Source: Malacoraja senta
Lineage: Eukaryota
Assembly (NCBI GenBank): GCA_038087875.1
Contig: CM075991.1
Location: 5,456,001 to 5,520,000, forward strand
Direction of reading: 5' to 3'
DNA length: 64,000 nucleotides
Part shown: in pieces, positions 36,000 to 49,242 of the stretch
Numbering within the stretch: the stretch's first letter is position 1
Layout of the letters: every line of letters starts with the position of its first letter
The notes under the pieces: model-generated
Told to the model about the DNA's origin: nothing
The model's input: the letters and a program-made list of their open reading frames with translations, nothing else
Databases searched by the model: none
Made by a program: the position numbers and the translations under genes

Positions 36000-36628
36000 A
36001 GGGCCTGTCCCACTTGGCCGTCATTTGCGCAACAGGCCGGTAGTGACTGACGCGCGACAGTCGCACGCATCATCATGCGTCCGCACAGACGTCTGGAGCG
36101 CGTGACGTCATTTAAATACCCAGTTTATGATATTTACCCAGTTTATGATATTTATGGTGATTTTCTAAAATGTTCCAGTTTCTTGAGTGGTGCTAGCAAT
36201 TGGAAAAATTGCAGATGTAATGCCCCTATTCAAAAAAAGAACTGAATGAAAAGTAGCAAGCTGCAGACCAAATTAATCTGTGGGAAGGAACTGCAGATGC
36301 TGGTTTAAATTGAAGATAGACACAAAATGCAGGAGTAACTCAGCCTGACCGGCAGCATCTCTGGAGAGAAGGAATGGATGATGTCTCTGTCTGAAGAAGG
36401 GTCTCGACCCAAAACGTCACCCATTCGACCCGAAACGTCACCCTGTCCCACTTGGGTGTCATTTACGCGACAGGCCGGTGGCGCGCGAAGATTTCGTACA
36501 GGACGAAATCCTGGAGCGCTGCGTGATACCGCGCGCAACTCCACACTCCTCCACGCCACTCCGCGCTACCCACACGCTACCAGGTCGCGTAAATGGAGCG
36601 CAAATGACGGCCAAGTGGGACAGGCCCT
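36000..36628. mobile_element. Harbinger-type MITE pieces (36000-36112 and 36441-36628) bracketing CR1 and Penelope fragments
   Basis: Perfect 31-bp inverted repeat at 36000-36030 and 36598-36628; TAA at 36629. Confidence 0.8.
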
Positions 36629-38129
36629 TAAGAATTGGGCTTTAAACCCTGGCAGCTGCACTATTAGAGGGCAAAGCTTGGGCAGCTGCTATTGGATTTC
36701 TCTCAGATTAGATGCTTTCTCCACCCTAGCTTCTCCGAGAGGGAGCTCAGCAGATCCCACCAGGCGAGGGCAGGGAGCTCCCTCCTCCTGTTGCCCAGCT
36801 CCCAACATCTGTCAACATTATCCTGCAGCTGCACCAACATGGACAGAGTTGGAAAAATGGATCATGAGGGAGAGGGAGAGCAAAAGAGAGAGAGAAAAAG
36901 AGAGAAAGAAAGAGAGAAATATAGAGAAAGGGAGAAAGAAAGAACAAGAGACAAAGAAAGTTTAGAGAGAAGGACAAAAAGAGAGAGAAAAAGAGTGAAT
37001 TAAATGTTTCAACATTCGGATCTAAAGTCTCCTGTAACTTGAACATGCAGAATGTATACACTCTCATTCTAGCTTCATCACTAAGGTGTAGCAAAGGTTG
37101 TGCTTTACAAGTCATCAAATGAAGTTTGCTAAAACTGCTCAAATTAAATTGCTTGTTTCCTTTCCTTTGGTTATTTAACTCTGATGACATGCAGGTTTTG
37201 TTCCCTTGTGCGGTGGCGTATTGCTTTGTAGACTTCCTTTATTTTTCAACTTGCAACACCCTTCCCTGTGACGAGTTGCACTTTCACTGTGCAAGCTCTG
37301 TACAATGGGAACCTACGAAGCTCCAAGGTCTTAATATAGCAAATGGCAGACTGGGGGCCGATGTCGGCAGGCTGGTCTGGTGGTGAAGATCGGTAGCTCC
37401 GTCTGCTATAACCGAAATCCATTATAAACAGGTCCGTAAAAATGAGGGTTTGCTGTATAATCTTTTCTTTGACTGGATAGCACGTAACAAAAAAGATTTT
37501 CACTGTACCTTGTTACACATAACAATAATAATAACCATTGGGTTCTAAAAACGGTTCAGTTGAGAAAAATATTTTACTTGAACCTTCACCTTTTGGACTG
37601 AGAACTTCAGGCTCAAGGTACGAGTTAAACCAAAGGCAGAGATGACACTCCACCCATGGTTGAGTCTGTCACACCTCTCAACAGCTTCCCCACTTGTTCC
37701 TATTTTAAACCGGCCCCAGCTGACATCTTCTCTAGTTTGTTTCAAACTCTCCTGGGATTGTAAGCAATTATTTCCCAAGTTCTCCCACGATAAAACGTCA
37801 TTAGTAAATGTTGGAATTTCTTTTTGCTAGTTATGTGTTTAGCATTTTTCAGATCATTCATGATCAGAAAGAAAAGTTACTGGATGAAAATCCTTTCGCT
37901 AAAAGTTTTTGCACGATTTGTTTGGTTCATTGAAAAGTTATGGAGGGCATTGAAAATAAAAATTCCACTGTACATATTGGCGATAAAAAGTATCACAAAA
38001 TTTTTTAATGTGCTTGCAAAGATGTTCAGTAATATTGTACACGAGGCCTTCATACATTTTAAGATGTCCAGCAACACCTCTAGTGATGGACTATTCCAAA
38101 GGCATACGCATTAATGTTCCTCTGTTCCC

Positions 38130-39315
38130 TCGTCTTCAATTCTTTCTCCATGATAAAAGCTGAAGTACTCATTGAGGACTCATTGAGGACCTCCATGATA
38201 AAAACAGAGGTGAAGTTCTCATTGAGGACCTTGCCCACTTTGATCTTTGAGGGGCCCTATTCTCTTAGTTACTCTTTTGTCCTTGAATATACTTGCAATA
38301 TCTCTTTGGATTCTCCTTCAACTTCTCAAGCTATCTCATCCCCCCTTTTTGCCCTTCTGGTTTCCTTCTTAAGTATCCTCCTACAGCCCCCTATACTCCT
38401 CCAGGGATTCACTTGATCCCAGCTACTTGTAACTGACTCATGCCTCCTTGTTTTTCTTACCATAGCCTCAATGTCTCTTGTCATGCATGGTTTCATACTC
38501 CTGCCAGTCTTCCCTTCACACAACAGGAACATGCAGATCTTGAACTCTCTTTAAACTAGCGGCAAGGCTTTAAACACTTTTTAAGGCCTTGCCGCTTGTC
38601 CATTTGCCCTCAAACAACCTGCTCAAATCAACCTTTGCAAGCTCCTGGTTAATACCGTCATAATTCACCTTGCCCCAATGTAGAAATTTCAATTGTGGAC
38701 CAGATCTATCCTTTTCCTTAAATGTTTATAAACACTATGGTCACCGGTCCCAAAGTGCTCCCCCAATGGCACCTCAGTCACTTGCTCTGCCCCATTTCCC
38801 AAGATTTGCCCTCTTCCTGGTATGTATTGCCAGAGGAAACTTTCTTGAATACTTTCTCAACAAAATCTATCTTCCCCTACCCATCAACACCCTTCACACT
38901 ATGGCAGTCTCAGTATATATTAAGAAAGTTAAATTCCCCTGCAATGACCACCCTATTATTCTTGCAACATGATGTCACTTTCCTGCATGTTTGTTCCTCT
39001 ATGTCCCGTCAACTATTTAGGGTCCATATTACAAAGCCAACATGGTGATCATCCATTCCTTATATCTCAACTTAGCCCATCGAGCCTCACTGGACTATCC
39101 CTCAGTAATTTTATTTTAGTTTACTGCTTTGAAGTTCTCCTTAATCAAAAATGCAAACCCCTCCTCACTTTCCCCCACCTCAATCCCGACTAGTACCTGT
39201 ACCCTGGAACATTAAGTTGCCAGTCATGTCCTTCCCTTAGACATGCTTCTGTAATGGCTATGATATCCCAGTCCCAGGTATCTATCCATGCCCTGACTTC
39301 ATCCACCTTTCCCAT
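38130..39315 (-). mobile_element. Old CR1 ORF2 5' region (endonuclease and linker)
   Basis: KPCMTRDIEAMVRK and KKETRRAKRGDEIA; degraded ETWL..GHDWQLNVPGY-like segment near 39250. Confidence 0.75.
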
Positions 39316-39796
39316 CTGATTGAATGGGTGCACTTCACACTAGAGAGAGTCGGCATCCATATTACATGGCCATGCAGCTGTAGCCTTTTATATAACTGAA
39401 CGCAGTGGATGCATTTGGTCACGACACCAGCCCAGAATACAAAGGGCTGCTGGAAAGCTTTACAATGTACCTCGGGACATGTGACAATAACAAACTAAAG
39501 AAATACAGAGTGCAGAATATAGTTAGCATTGTAATGCATCAATTCCATAGACAAGGTCCAATGTCACCAGTGGCGTGGAGGTGAATTGGACTGAATTAAA
39601 CAGAAGCGAGGGGAGATAGAATGTTGCAAAAATAAAATGAACACTACTCTCTGGTGTACTTTTCATGGCTATGAAAATGCTGACTAACATCAGAAACAGC
39701 TGCTGCAGATTCACATCTGAAACACACGTCTCTGGCAGTAGAAATGGAAAGATATGGCTTAGCTAGAGGGATGGTTTGGGGCATCAGTCATGTTGA

Positions 39797-39831
39797 GGGG
39801 GGGGGGGAGGGGGGGAGGGGGGGAGGGGGGG
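39797..39831 (+). repeat. Poly-G runs with G-quadruplex potential
   Basis: Four long G runs separated by single A residues. Confidence 0.85.
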
Positions 39832-40614
39832 TGATCTGTTTATTTCAGTAGGAATTACAGTTGCAGAAGATTGAGCACATGAGAATGAGATAAACTAGAG
39901 GATTAGAAAGTCAGTGGGAGTTGTAACTGGGCTTGCAAACAACCTGGAGGAGTGTAGTAATCTGAATAGATGTGGTTAGGATTCTTGCCAACAAGCATAA
40001 TCATACTATTACTGTACTGAGTGAAAAGCCGATTTCTCTGAAAGACAGATGAATGTTAATGAGTTTTTCCCCCATTGCTGGCCTGATATGATATTCCAAG
40101 TAAAGTCAAATCTTTCATCAGAAATTAAATCTGCATATGCAGAGGGACGTAGGCTTTGCTGTTTGAAGCAGGAATAATCCAGGAGGTACTAATGGGTAAG
40201 GACCTTTGTAGGGATTGAGGTATAGGTGAATATTATAGTTGCAATCAGTTCTGAGCAGCAGTACTTGGAAAACACTACTTGGAAAATAAATCTGCGTTAC
40301 AAAGACCGTCAACAGTGGTCAGTAACAGATGGGAGATTGGAGTAAAGAATGTTTGGATATGCTTTCTATTACTCAATGGAGAAGTAGAAAAGTACAATGT
40401 TGATAGGGAGAATCTGAGGGAGGTTAGCTTTACTGAGGTGTGGAAGGAATGTTTGCCACAGGTGCTCCAGAACTGGAGGATGCTTTATGGGATGGATGGT
40501 CGGAGACGTTTGCTCAGACAGCATGGAACTGTGATATGGGAAATCTAGTTCATCATGGGAAAAAGCCTTTCAGTCCACACCGGCCATCGATCACCTGTTC
40601 ACACTAGTTCTAAG

Positions 40615-40966
40615 TTAGAAACATAGAAAATAGGTGCAGGAGGCCATTTGGCCCTTTGAGCCAGCACCGCCATTCAATGTGATCATGGCTGATCGTCCCC
40701 AATCAATAACCCGTGCCTGCCTTCTCCCCATACCCCTTGATTCCACTGGCCCCTGGAGCTCTATCTAACTCCCTCTTAAATCCATCCACTGATTCGGCCT
40801 CCACTGCCCTCTGTGGCATGGAATTCCACAAATTCACAACTCTCTGGGTGAAAACGTTTTTTTCTCACCTCAGTCTTAAATGGCCTCCCCTTTATTCTAA
40901 GACTGTGGCCCCTGGTTCAGGACTCGCCCAACATTGGGAACATTTTTCCTGCATTTAGCTTGTCCA
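40615..40966 (-). mobile_element. CR1 3' end nested in a SINE remnant
   Basis: tagaaacatagaaaataggtgcagg...; homologous to 14710-15066. Confidence 0.85.
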
Positions 40967-41419
40967 TAGTTTTGCCAGTTTCTCATCCACCTCCCTCCTA
41001 CACACTAGAGGCAAAACCCACACGTCTGTGGTTACTGTGCAGGCACAGAAGGAGAAACTGCCACTGCAACCATGCATAGAGCAAAAACCAGAAACTGGGT
41101 CGTCAGGAATTGATAAGATGACAAGGAAAGTCTCTCTGACTCACACGTTAGTTTCACATTTTCTCACAGACATTTGTCAAGGGCAGGGAGATGAAACCAG
41201 CAGAAGAACAAAGTTCCACGGAGTCCTTGCACGAGTCCATGTGGACAACCTACGCTGAGCAAAGCCTGTGTTTCGGACTGAGGTGTGCAGCCAAAGTTCA
41301 CATTCACTTATGGTTCCTGCAACAGCACAGTGGGTCTGTGCTCCCTCTCCCGCACTCCCTGCCTCCAAGGTCCTTTGCACTGATGAAACATCTATTTTCA
41401 CTTCTATGCACTTTTCTTT

Positions 41420-41660
41420 TTTAGAGATACAGCATGGAAACAGCCCCTTGGCCCACTGGGTGCGTGCTGACCAATGATCACCCACTCACTAGTTCTATTC
41501 TACACACTAGGCACAATTTACAGAAGTCAGTTAATCGACCAGTAAACCCACGTGTTCACAGGGAGAAAGTACAAACGCCGTACAGACAGCACCTATAGTC
41601 AGAATCGAATCCGTGTTGTTGTCACTTTAAGGCAGCAAGTCTACTGCTGCGTCACCAGGC
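41420..41660 (-). mobile_element. HE1-like SINE (partly deleted)
   Basis: Matches other copies in the window. Confidence 0.72.
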
Positions 41661-43211
41661 CGTCCTTTTACCTCTTCTTGGTAGAGTCCGTATGTCGCTG
41701 GACTTTAATGGTGTTTACTCTCTCCCCTTTTCCTGCTGGCTAAAAGGCCGCAGTATAACATTTCACCCTCTGCTGAATATGCTATATATCGTAGAACATA
41801 GAACAGTACAGCACAAGAACAATGTCTGTGTCGATTATGATGCAAAGACCATCTCTTATCTACCTATGCATAATTCATATCACTCCATTACCTGCATATC
41901 CTTATGCCTATCCAAAAGCCTCTTAAATGCCACTATCGTATCTGCCTCCACCACCACCCCTTAAACTTTCCCCTTCGCATCTTAAATCTATGTATATTTG
42001 AGATTTTCCATCCTGGGAAAAAATGTTCTGACTGTCTACCCTATCTATGCCTCTCAAAATGTTATATTCTTCACCAGGTCTCCTCGCAACCTCCGCCTTT
42101 CCAGATCATGCTTCGTATTTTGAACTCCACTTTTGATATTCAGTCCCGTCAATAGATTGTGCATTCAGCACTCTCAGCTGGGGAGGATTTTCCATCTCCA
42201 TTCGTCTATCGGGTGGCACCCGATTTCCTGTGCCCCTTCCTCTTCCCATTGTTCCCAACCAGAAGGTGAGGTGGCAGAAGTCACAACTTGTCATTGGCCT
42301 TCCATTGATTAGTGGTTGACCACTAAAGCGCGTACCCATTTGCCATCCCAGCAGGAAGGTGAGATAAATGTGGGGGAGGAGAGCATGAATTGAACAATGG
42401 ATCCATAACTCCATTATTCCTGCATTAGCGATCCAATGATAAGAGACCAAATCCCAACATGGCAACTGGTGGAATTAAAACACAATTGTTCAAATATATC
42501 TTGATGTGGAAGTTGGACACAAAGTGCTGGTGTAACTCAAGAGAAAAGGTTGGGCAAACCCGTCTTCAGACCAGAAACGTCACCCATTCTTTTTCTCCAG
42601 AGATGCTGACTGACCCGCTGAGTTACTCCAGAATTTTGTGTCTATCTTTGGTGTAAACCAGCATCTGCAGTTAACTGCCAGGCAAGACATCTTGATGTGT
42701 GCATGAAACCACTGCTTGATTTTTGTCCTTCCCAATTTTGGATCGAAGTGGCCATGGGCAGCACACATCACGACAGTTAACTCTTCAATGCCCTGTGAAA
42801 TAAACCAACAGGCACCTAGTTCAGGCAAAAATGGAGAAGGGGGAAATTGGAGAAACTGGAAAATGTGACAAACAGAAACCTTGCCAGCAGTGGCCAAATG
42901 TTGTGAATGAATAGAGCGATTGTTTTAGCTCCGCAGGTGTTGGTGAGTCACCTGTGTTGCTGATATTGTTGCACTGCCTGTCCTCTTGTGTTTCCACTGT
43001 TGTCCCTGAAGAGCCAGTTCATTCGCATGCCCATGGGCCTGAGCCTCCCGCTTTGTGGAACTCAGTGCACCAGCTGCAAAGGAGTATTAATATTAGGGAT
43101 CTCCAACTGAGACCTCGAGGATGGAGCACCGAGCAGGTTGGGAGCAAGATCAGCTGGCAGCTGGTGGACAGGAGTCTGTCTCTCAGGAGGGGATCTCTTT
43201 GCTGTCTGCTG

Positions 43212-43494
43212 TTTAGTTTTTAGTTTAGAGACAAAGCGTGGAAACAGGCCCTTTGAGGCTGCTCCGACCAGCTATCCCCACACATAAACACAATCCTACA
43301 CACTAGGGACAATTTTACCATGCCAATTAACCTGTACATCTTTGGAGTGTGGGAATAAACCGGAGCTCCCAGAGAAAACCCACCTGGTCACATGGAAAAT
43401 GTACAAACTCCATACAGACAGCACCCGCAGTCAGGAACGAACCTGGGTACCTGGCGCTGTAAGGCAGCAACTCTACTGCTTCACCACCGTGCCC
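43212..43494 (-). mobile_element. HE1-like SINE
   Basis: Matches other copies in the window. Confidence 0.82.
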
Positions 43495-43639
43495 GGGTGA
43501 GGCGACTGAACGAGCAATAATTCATGGTAGAATATGGTGAGATCCTCCGATAAACCAGTGATTGTTTTATGTAAGACAAAGAACAGGACAGGAAAAACGT
43601 CAGAAATTAGCAGATGTTTTTAGAAAGTGGGAGCTTTTG

Positions 43640-43997
43640 ACGTACTGGGCCTGTACTCGCTGGAGTTCAGAAGGATGAGGGGGAACCTCATTGAAACTTA
43701 CCGAATTGTGAAAGGCCTGGGTAGAGTGGATGTGGAGAGAATGTTTCCATTAGTGAGAGAGTCTCGGACCAGAGGGCACAGCCTCAGAATAAAAGGACGT
43801 ACCTTTAAAAAGATGAGGAGGAATTTCTTTAGTTAGAAGATGGTGAATCTCTGGAATTCATTGCAACAGATGGCTGTTGGATAGAAGGTAACTTTTCTGT
43901 GGTTGAGAGGAAAAGATGGATCAGCCATAATTAAATGGTGGAGTGGACTCGGGGAGCGGAATAGCCTCATTCTGCTCCAACGACTTTTGAACTTATG
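43640..43997 (+). mobile_element. CR1 3' fragment
   Basis: LGLYSLEFRRMRGNLIETYRIVKG...SRTRGHSL. Confidence 0.85.
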
Positions 43998-45009
43998 AAC
44001 AAACAGGATAACCTCACAATTATTCGGGTCAGACACGAGGAACTGCATATGTTGGTTTACGGAAAAAAAAGGCTAAGTGCTGGAATTACCCAGCGGGTCA
44101 GTCAGCATCCCGGAAGAACATATTCCATGCATTTGTCCAATCACTCAATTTATTTAACCCACACTGTCTCTTTGCATCTCCTTTATTATTCATACATCCG
44201 CTCCAGCTTTCTGTTGTATGCAAACCTATAGATGTTGCATTTGGTTACATCATCCAGATCACTGATACATATTGTAAATAGCTGGGGGCTAAGCAATAAT
44301 CCCTGTGGCACCCTGCTAGTCAGTACCTGCCACCGGATGAAGACTTGTTTATTTCTACGCTATGTTTTCTGTTTACTTCCTAACTTACCTGCTGATCATC
44401 AAAATAGTTCCAAAAGACCTCTTATACCCACCTGAGAGCAGACAGAGCCTCCGTTTACCGTCTCATCCAAATGATGCTACCTTCAATATCCTGTAGATCC
44501 TCAGCATGTCAGGCTAGGATTTTGTGCACAAATCTCGAAAATAGTTTTTGAACGTGAAACCTACTGACCCAGAGGCCAGAGAGCAATCCATGAGGCCACA
44601 GCTGTGCTAAAGCTGCTAACGTACTTCATCAACCTCACAATAAACTTTGAAGAGGAAGTACCTGACATACTAAGAAATGTTTAACAAAGGCACTATCATC
44701 CCCAGACCCCACTGTGTTGGCTCATTTGATTGGTAATAATGGGTAATAATTAATAATGGTTTCTCTGTTCAATGATTATCCTGCCATTACTGAATCTTCA
44801 CAAGACCCAGTTTAAATTAAGAGACGGAGAGCGGAGGAGGATTTTAATTTTATGCATTCAGTCGCTGTCGAGGTTATTGCTCATCCCTGATTGTTGTTGG
44901 ATTGTTGGCTTGCTGGGCCACTTTGAAGGGCAATTAAGAGACAATTGCTGGGGATGGACAGAGCAGACTGTGTTAGAACAAATTACTTCCATCTAACAAG
45001 GATAATAGC

Positions 45010-45411
45010 CAGAGCTGGATTTACCATTAGGCTTCATAGGCTAAAGCCTAGAGCCTCGAAATCCAGGGGGCCTCTGGCCAAGTGTATAATATTTTTGACA
45101 CTGTCACAGGCCTTTCTTACATATGCTGTCACAACGCACTGTAGTCTCTAAACAAACCTTCAGTAATTTTCCTTGCCCTCCATTTCAGAATAATAGTGTT
45201 TTAAGCCGATAACTCGACACTAGCACTGGCAATAAATAAATAAATAAAACGCGCTGCTTTCCAGCCCCTTATCTCATTGGACACGCTCGGCTGCAAATCG
45301 GTGTCAATCTGGTGGACTGTTTCATCTTCTTCTAGTCGTGGGGGTGGGGGATTGGGAGGGGCCTCACAAGTGGAACAGCCTAGGGCCTCTCTTCATCTAA
45401 ATCCAGCACTG
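45010..45411. mobile_element. hAT-type MITE (402 bp)
   Basis: TIRs cagagctggattta and taaatccagcactg (13/14 match); perfect 8-bp TSD ataatagc at 45002-45009 and 45412-45419. Confidence 0.9.
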
Positions 45412-45620
45412 ATAATAGCGAACCACTGTTCAACAACCAAGTCCTGACCCTTGGTAAAAATCACCCTTTGGCCCTGTCTTATTTAGTGGGGGTGCCGCCC
45501 TCTTTATTTTGCCCTGGTCATGGCCTTGGTCCCATGTGGAATCTTTTCCAATGTAGAACAATGCAAAAATGCAAGGTGCCTTTTATTCAACATGCACATT
45601 GCACCCTTTCAATACGCTTT

Positions 45621-45920
45621 GGGTGGCACAGAGGCGCAACAGTAGAGTTACTGCCTTACAAATATAGGGACACAGGTTCGATCCTGACTATGGGTGCTGT
45701 CTGTACAGAGTTTGTACGTTCTCGCTGTGAACTGTGCGGGTTTTCCCCGGGTGCTCCGGTTTCCTCCCACACTCCAAAGATGTACAGGTTTATAGGCTAA
45801 TTGGCTTGGTAAAATTGTAAATTGTCCCTAGTGTGTTAGTGTAAGGGAATCACTGGTCAGCATGAACTCGGTGGGCCAAAAGGCCAGTTTCCGCCCTATA
45901 TCTGAAAACTAAACTAAAGT
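45621..45920 (+). mobile_element. HE1-like SINE
   Basis: Matches other copies in the window. Confidence 0.85.
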
Positions 45921-47154
45921 AAAAAAGCAAAACCAGAGCTGATACCAATGTAGTGAATGGGGAAAAAGAAGAAATAAATTCTGTCTGATTTAGTTACATC
46001 TATGTGATGAAAAGGCTGGTTGTATTTTCACTACATCAAGCAGTGCTTTATTCATTGCTTTGATTAGAAACTACAGAAAGGGTCACAGAAAGGAAAAGTG
46101 AATAAAATTGAAACTCCTTCAGAAGAATAAACCAAGTGCGATTTAGTAGTTTGCATAACAGATCTCAGCTAAATCCATGACAGCGTAGTGTTTTATTTTG
46201 TCGACCTTAATGGTTTTTATCAAAAATCAATTCATATCAAAGGAACTTACAAAATTCATGCGTTTTGACATTACCCAAATCTTGAAACTTAAGAATTATG
46301 TTTACTTCAATTAATAAGAAAATTAGTTAGTCCTGATAAGCCAATCAGGTAGCTAAGTAACATTCACTGAAGTCTCAAACGTTTTTATCGTTTATAAAAT
46401 GTACGAGCAAATTTTCACGATTGAAAGTGCAAACAGGGTGTGAGATGGTCTGGTATGCAATTCCACATTTTGTGCTGGGACTGAGACTAGATATACTCAC
46501 ATTCTCCACTGCCCTCATTTACTCAGATGAATGCAGTAACATGGATGTAAGGAGTTGGGTGGGAAAAGGACACTTGTGGAAAGATTATTCAAAAAATAGA
46601 TACTTAGCCTTCCATTCTAGAATGGATGAATTTAAGTTGTGTTTTATATAACTGACTAGGGAAAGATGAAACCGGATAATTTATATAACTAAATCGTGGA
46701 ACGGAACAAGGATGCACAGATTCAAGTAAATGGAAGGCAATGAAGTCAGGATTTTTTATTATCACGCTCCGGTTGATCAACGTAAAAGATAAATTGCAAT
46801 CAGGTGTTACCATGGGTGAATTTCCACAGACAATGAACTAACACAGGGAAAATACATTTCTTCATTGTAATTGTCTTACAATCTTGTGCAAATATGATCA
46901 GTGCATAGGTTCGTACCAAAGTGTGCTCATCTACAGCTGTGATGTGATAGTTACGCTTGTTTTAAATAGTAGTTTGGCCTACTTTTTACTCCATACCTTT
47001 TGTTTGGAGAATCATAAGATTGTTTGGTCAAAACAGAACAGAAACTCTTATATCCCTTAATAAATTCATTGCAAAAATAAAGAGAACATAAAAGCATCTC
47101 TCCACCATCAAGTAGATTTAATTAGACATCTCACGCCAACATATCACCCCAAAA

Positions 47155-47356
47155 GGTAGACACAAAATACTGGAGTAACTCAGCGGGTGAGGCAGCCTAT
47201 CTGGAGAGAAGGAATGGGCAACTTTTCGGACTGAACAAGGGTCTCGACCCGAAACGTCGCCCATTCCTTCTCTCCAGAGATGCTGCCTCACCCGATGAGT
47301 TACTCCAGCATTTTGTGTCTACCTTCGATTTAAACCAGCCTCCGCAGTTTTTTCTT
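47155..47356. mobile_element. Inverted Penelope terminal-repeat pair (arms about 75 bp)
   Basis: ggtagacacaaaat...cgg and ccgaaacgtc...ttttgtgtctacc; TSD acatatc(a/t)ccccaaaa. Confidence 0.85.
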
Positions 47357-48044
47357 ACATATCTCCCCAAAACCTTTTCATAACATTCCCTTATGAGCTA
47401 ATTATATTCCACATTAATATTGCCAACACATTCTGTCTAGTGTGGACCAAAATGTACAGAGATCTACATGACCCATTGACCTGGTGTCAACCAGTATAGG
47501 TGGTACTATTGGGGCCTGGAAGTAATCTCTCATGGCAACATCTGATTGCTGACTTTTCTAGTCACATGAGACCTATCGTATGATTTGAAAATGCCTGGAA
47601 GAAAGTGCAGTCCATCATTGTTTCTTAGTATGAATATGTAAAATGGGAAAGTTTAATGGAGATATGCGGGGGAAGTTTTCTTCCACAGAGGGCAGTGGAG
47701 GCCTGGAATGCATTGCCATGGGTGGTGGTGGGGTTAGACACGATAATGGTGTTTAAGAGGCTTTTAGAAAGGCACATGGAAGTGCAGGGAAGTGAGGGAT
47801 GTGGATCATGTACAGGTTGATGAGATCAGTTAAATTTAACACCATGTTTGGCACAAACACAGGGATGAAAGGTCTGTTCCTGTGCTGTACCGTTCTAGTA
47901 GGCCCCCCTCGGTCATGACTGACTGAGGTACTGTTCTATGTTCTGTGTATGTAGAAAGTAAATCACAGAGTTACAGATTATGTATCTAAATATCATGGAA
48001 TTTTCTGTTCCTGTTACTGATGATAAAATACTTCAAATTCAGTT

Positions 48045-48050
48045 TTTATT
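48045..48050 (-). terminator. Candidate polyadenylation signal (AATAAA) for PEBP4
   Basis: tttatt on the plus strand, about 200 nt past the stop codon in AT-rich unique sequence. Confidence 0.55.
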
Positions 48051-48245
48051 GCAATCATGACAAAGGTAAGGGTTATCCCTTATTATACATTATTTTTTAA
48101 TTAACCTGTGTGGTCAAACAGCAAAATAATACCATCTTATCGATCTTTGTTAGTACTTAATCAACAGAAGTGAAGAGGTTTCACCAGCAGGTATTATCTA
48201 ATGCTTAACTTCCTCTTTGAAAGTTTTTGGAGAATTGCCTTCTTT

Positions 48246-48395
<150 letters not shown>

Positions 48396-49242
48396 TCAAC
48401 ACTCTTTCTTGGATTCCTGCACCTCTATCTATTGCAGCATACAAAAGATACATTCCAAACTTGCCTGTAAACATACAAATGAACACATCAGGATGAGCAT
48501 ATCCAGGGATTTGTGGATATTCTTCTGCATTTGGATTGTATGTAGAATGGAAGTGGCATAAGCTGCTCACAGATTAGAAACACTGAATGCTGGTTTAAGA
48601 TGTCGTTGCGATTCAGAAAATCTTCAAAAGGAGTGTATCGAGCTATACATGTAGCTCCAAGATATGACTTCCATCTCATATTGTTTCTTAAAATATAAGA
48701 TATATAATTACATTTTGCTATTTATTGGTGAGACTTCTTATGATTCCCACTCGTAAAATCACAGTATACCCAAGACATAAAATGCTAGAGTAACTCCGCT
48801 GGTCAGGCAGCATCTCTCGAGAAAATGGGCGGGTGATGTTTCGGGTCGGGTCCAAAGAAGGGAAACGACACCAATCCTTTTTCTCCAGAGATGCTGCCTG
48901 ACCCGATAGGTTACTCCAGCCCTTTGTGCCTATCAATTGACAATTAAATCCATTAGTCCTTAACTATTACCATTCTGGTATTATTTGTGAACATTTTGTT
49001 AGGCTTGGAACTATTCTCATTATTACAGCTCAGGTGAGTCGGGAGGTGGAGAACGGATGGGGAGGAATATTGGTAAAAAACAATGTGGTGGGGAGAACAG
49101 TGGCTGTCAGAAGTTGGAGTTAGGAAAAACACCCTGTTCTCTCAGAGATTACCCTGCACTCTCTATCAAGACCACCCTGGTCACTCTGCCCTCTCTAGGT
49201 CCAAATGAATAGGATTTCTGAAATTATGTTGCATAAAACACA

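Noticed and set aside
42732..42741. CArG box (ccaattttgg) as a serum response element; also a CRE at 36103-36110
   Set aside because: Single short motifs are expected by chance in 64 kb, and the CRE lies inside a MITE
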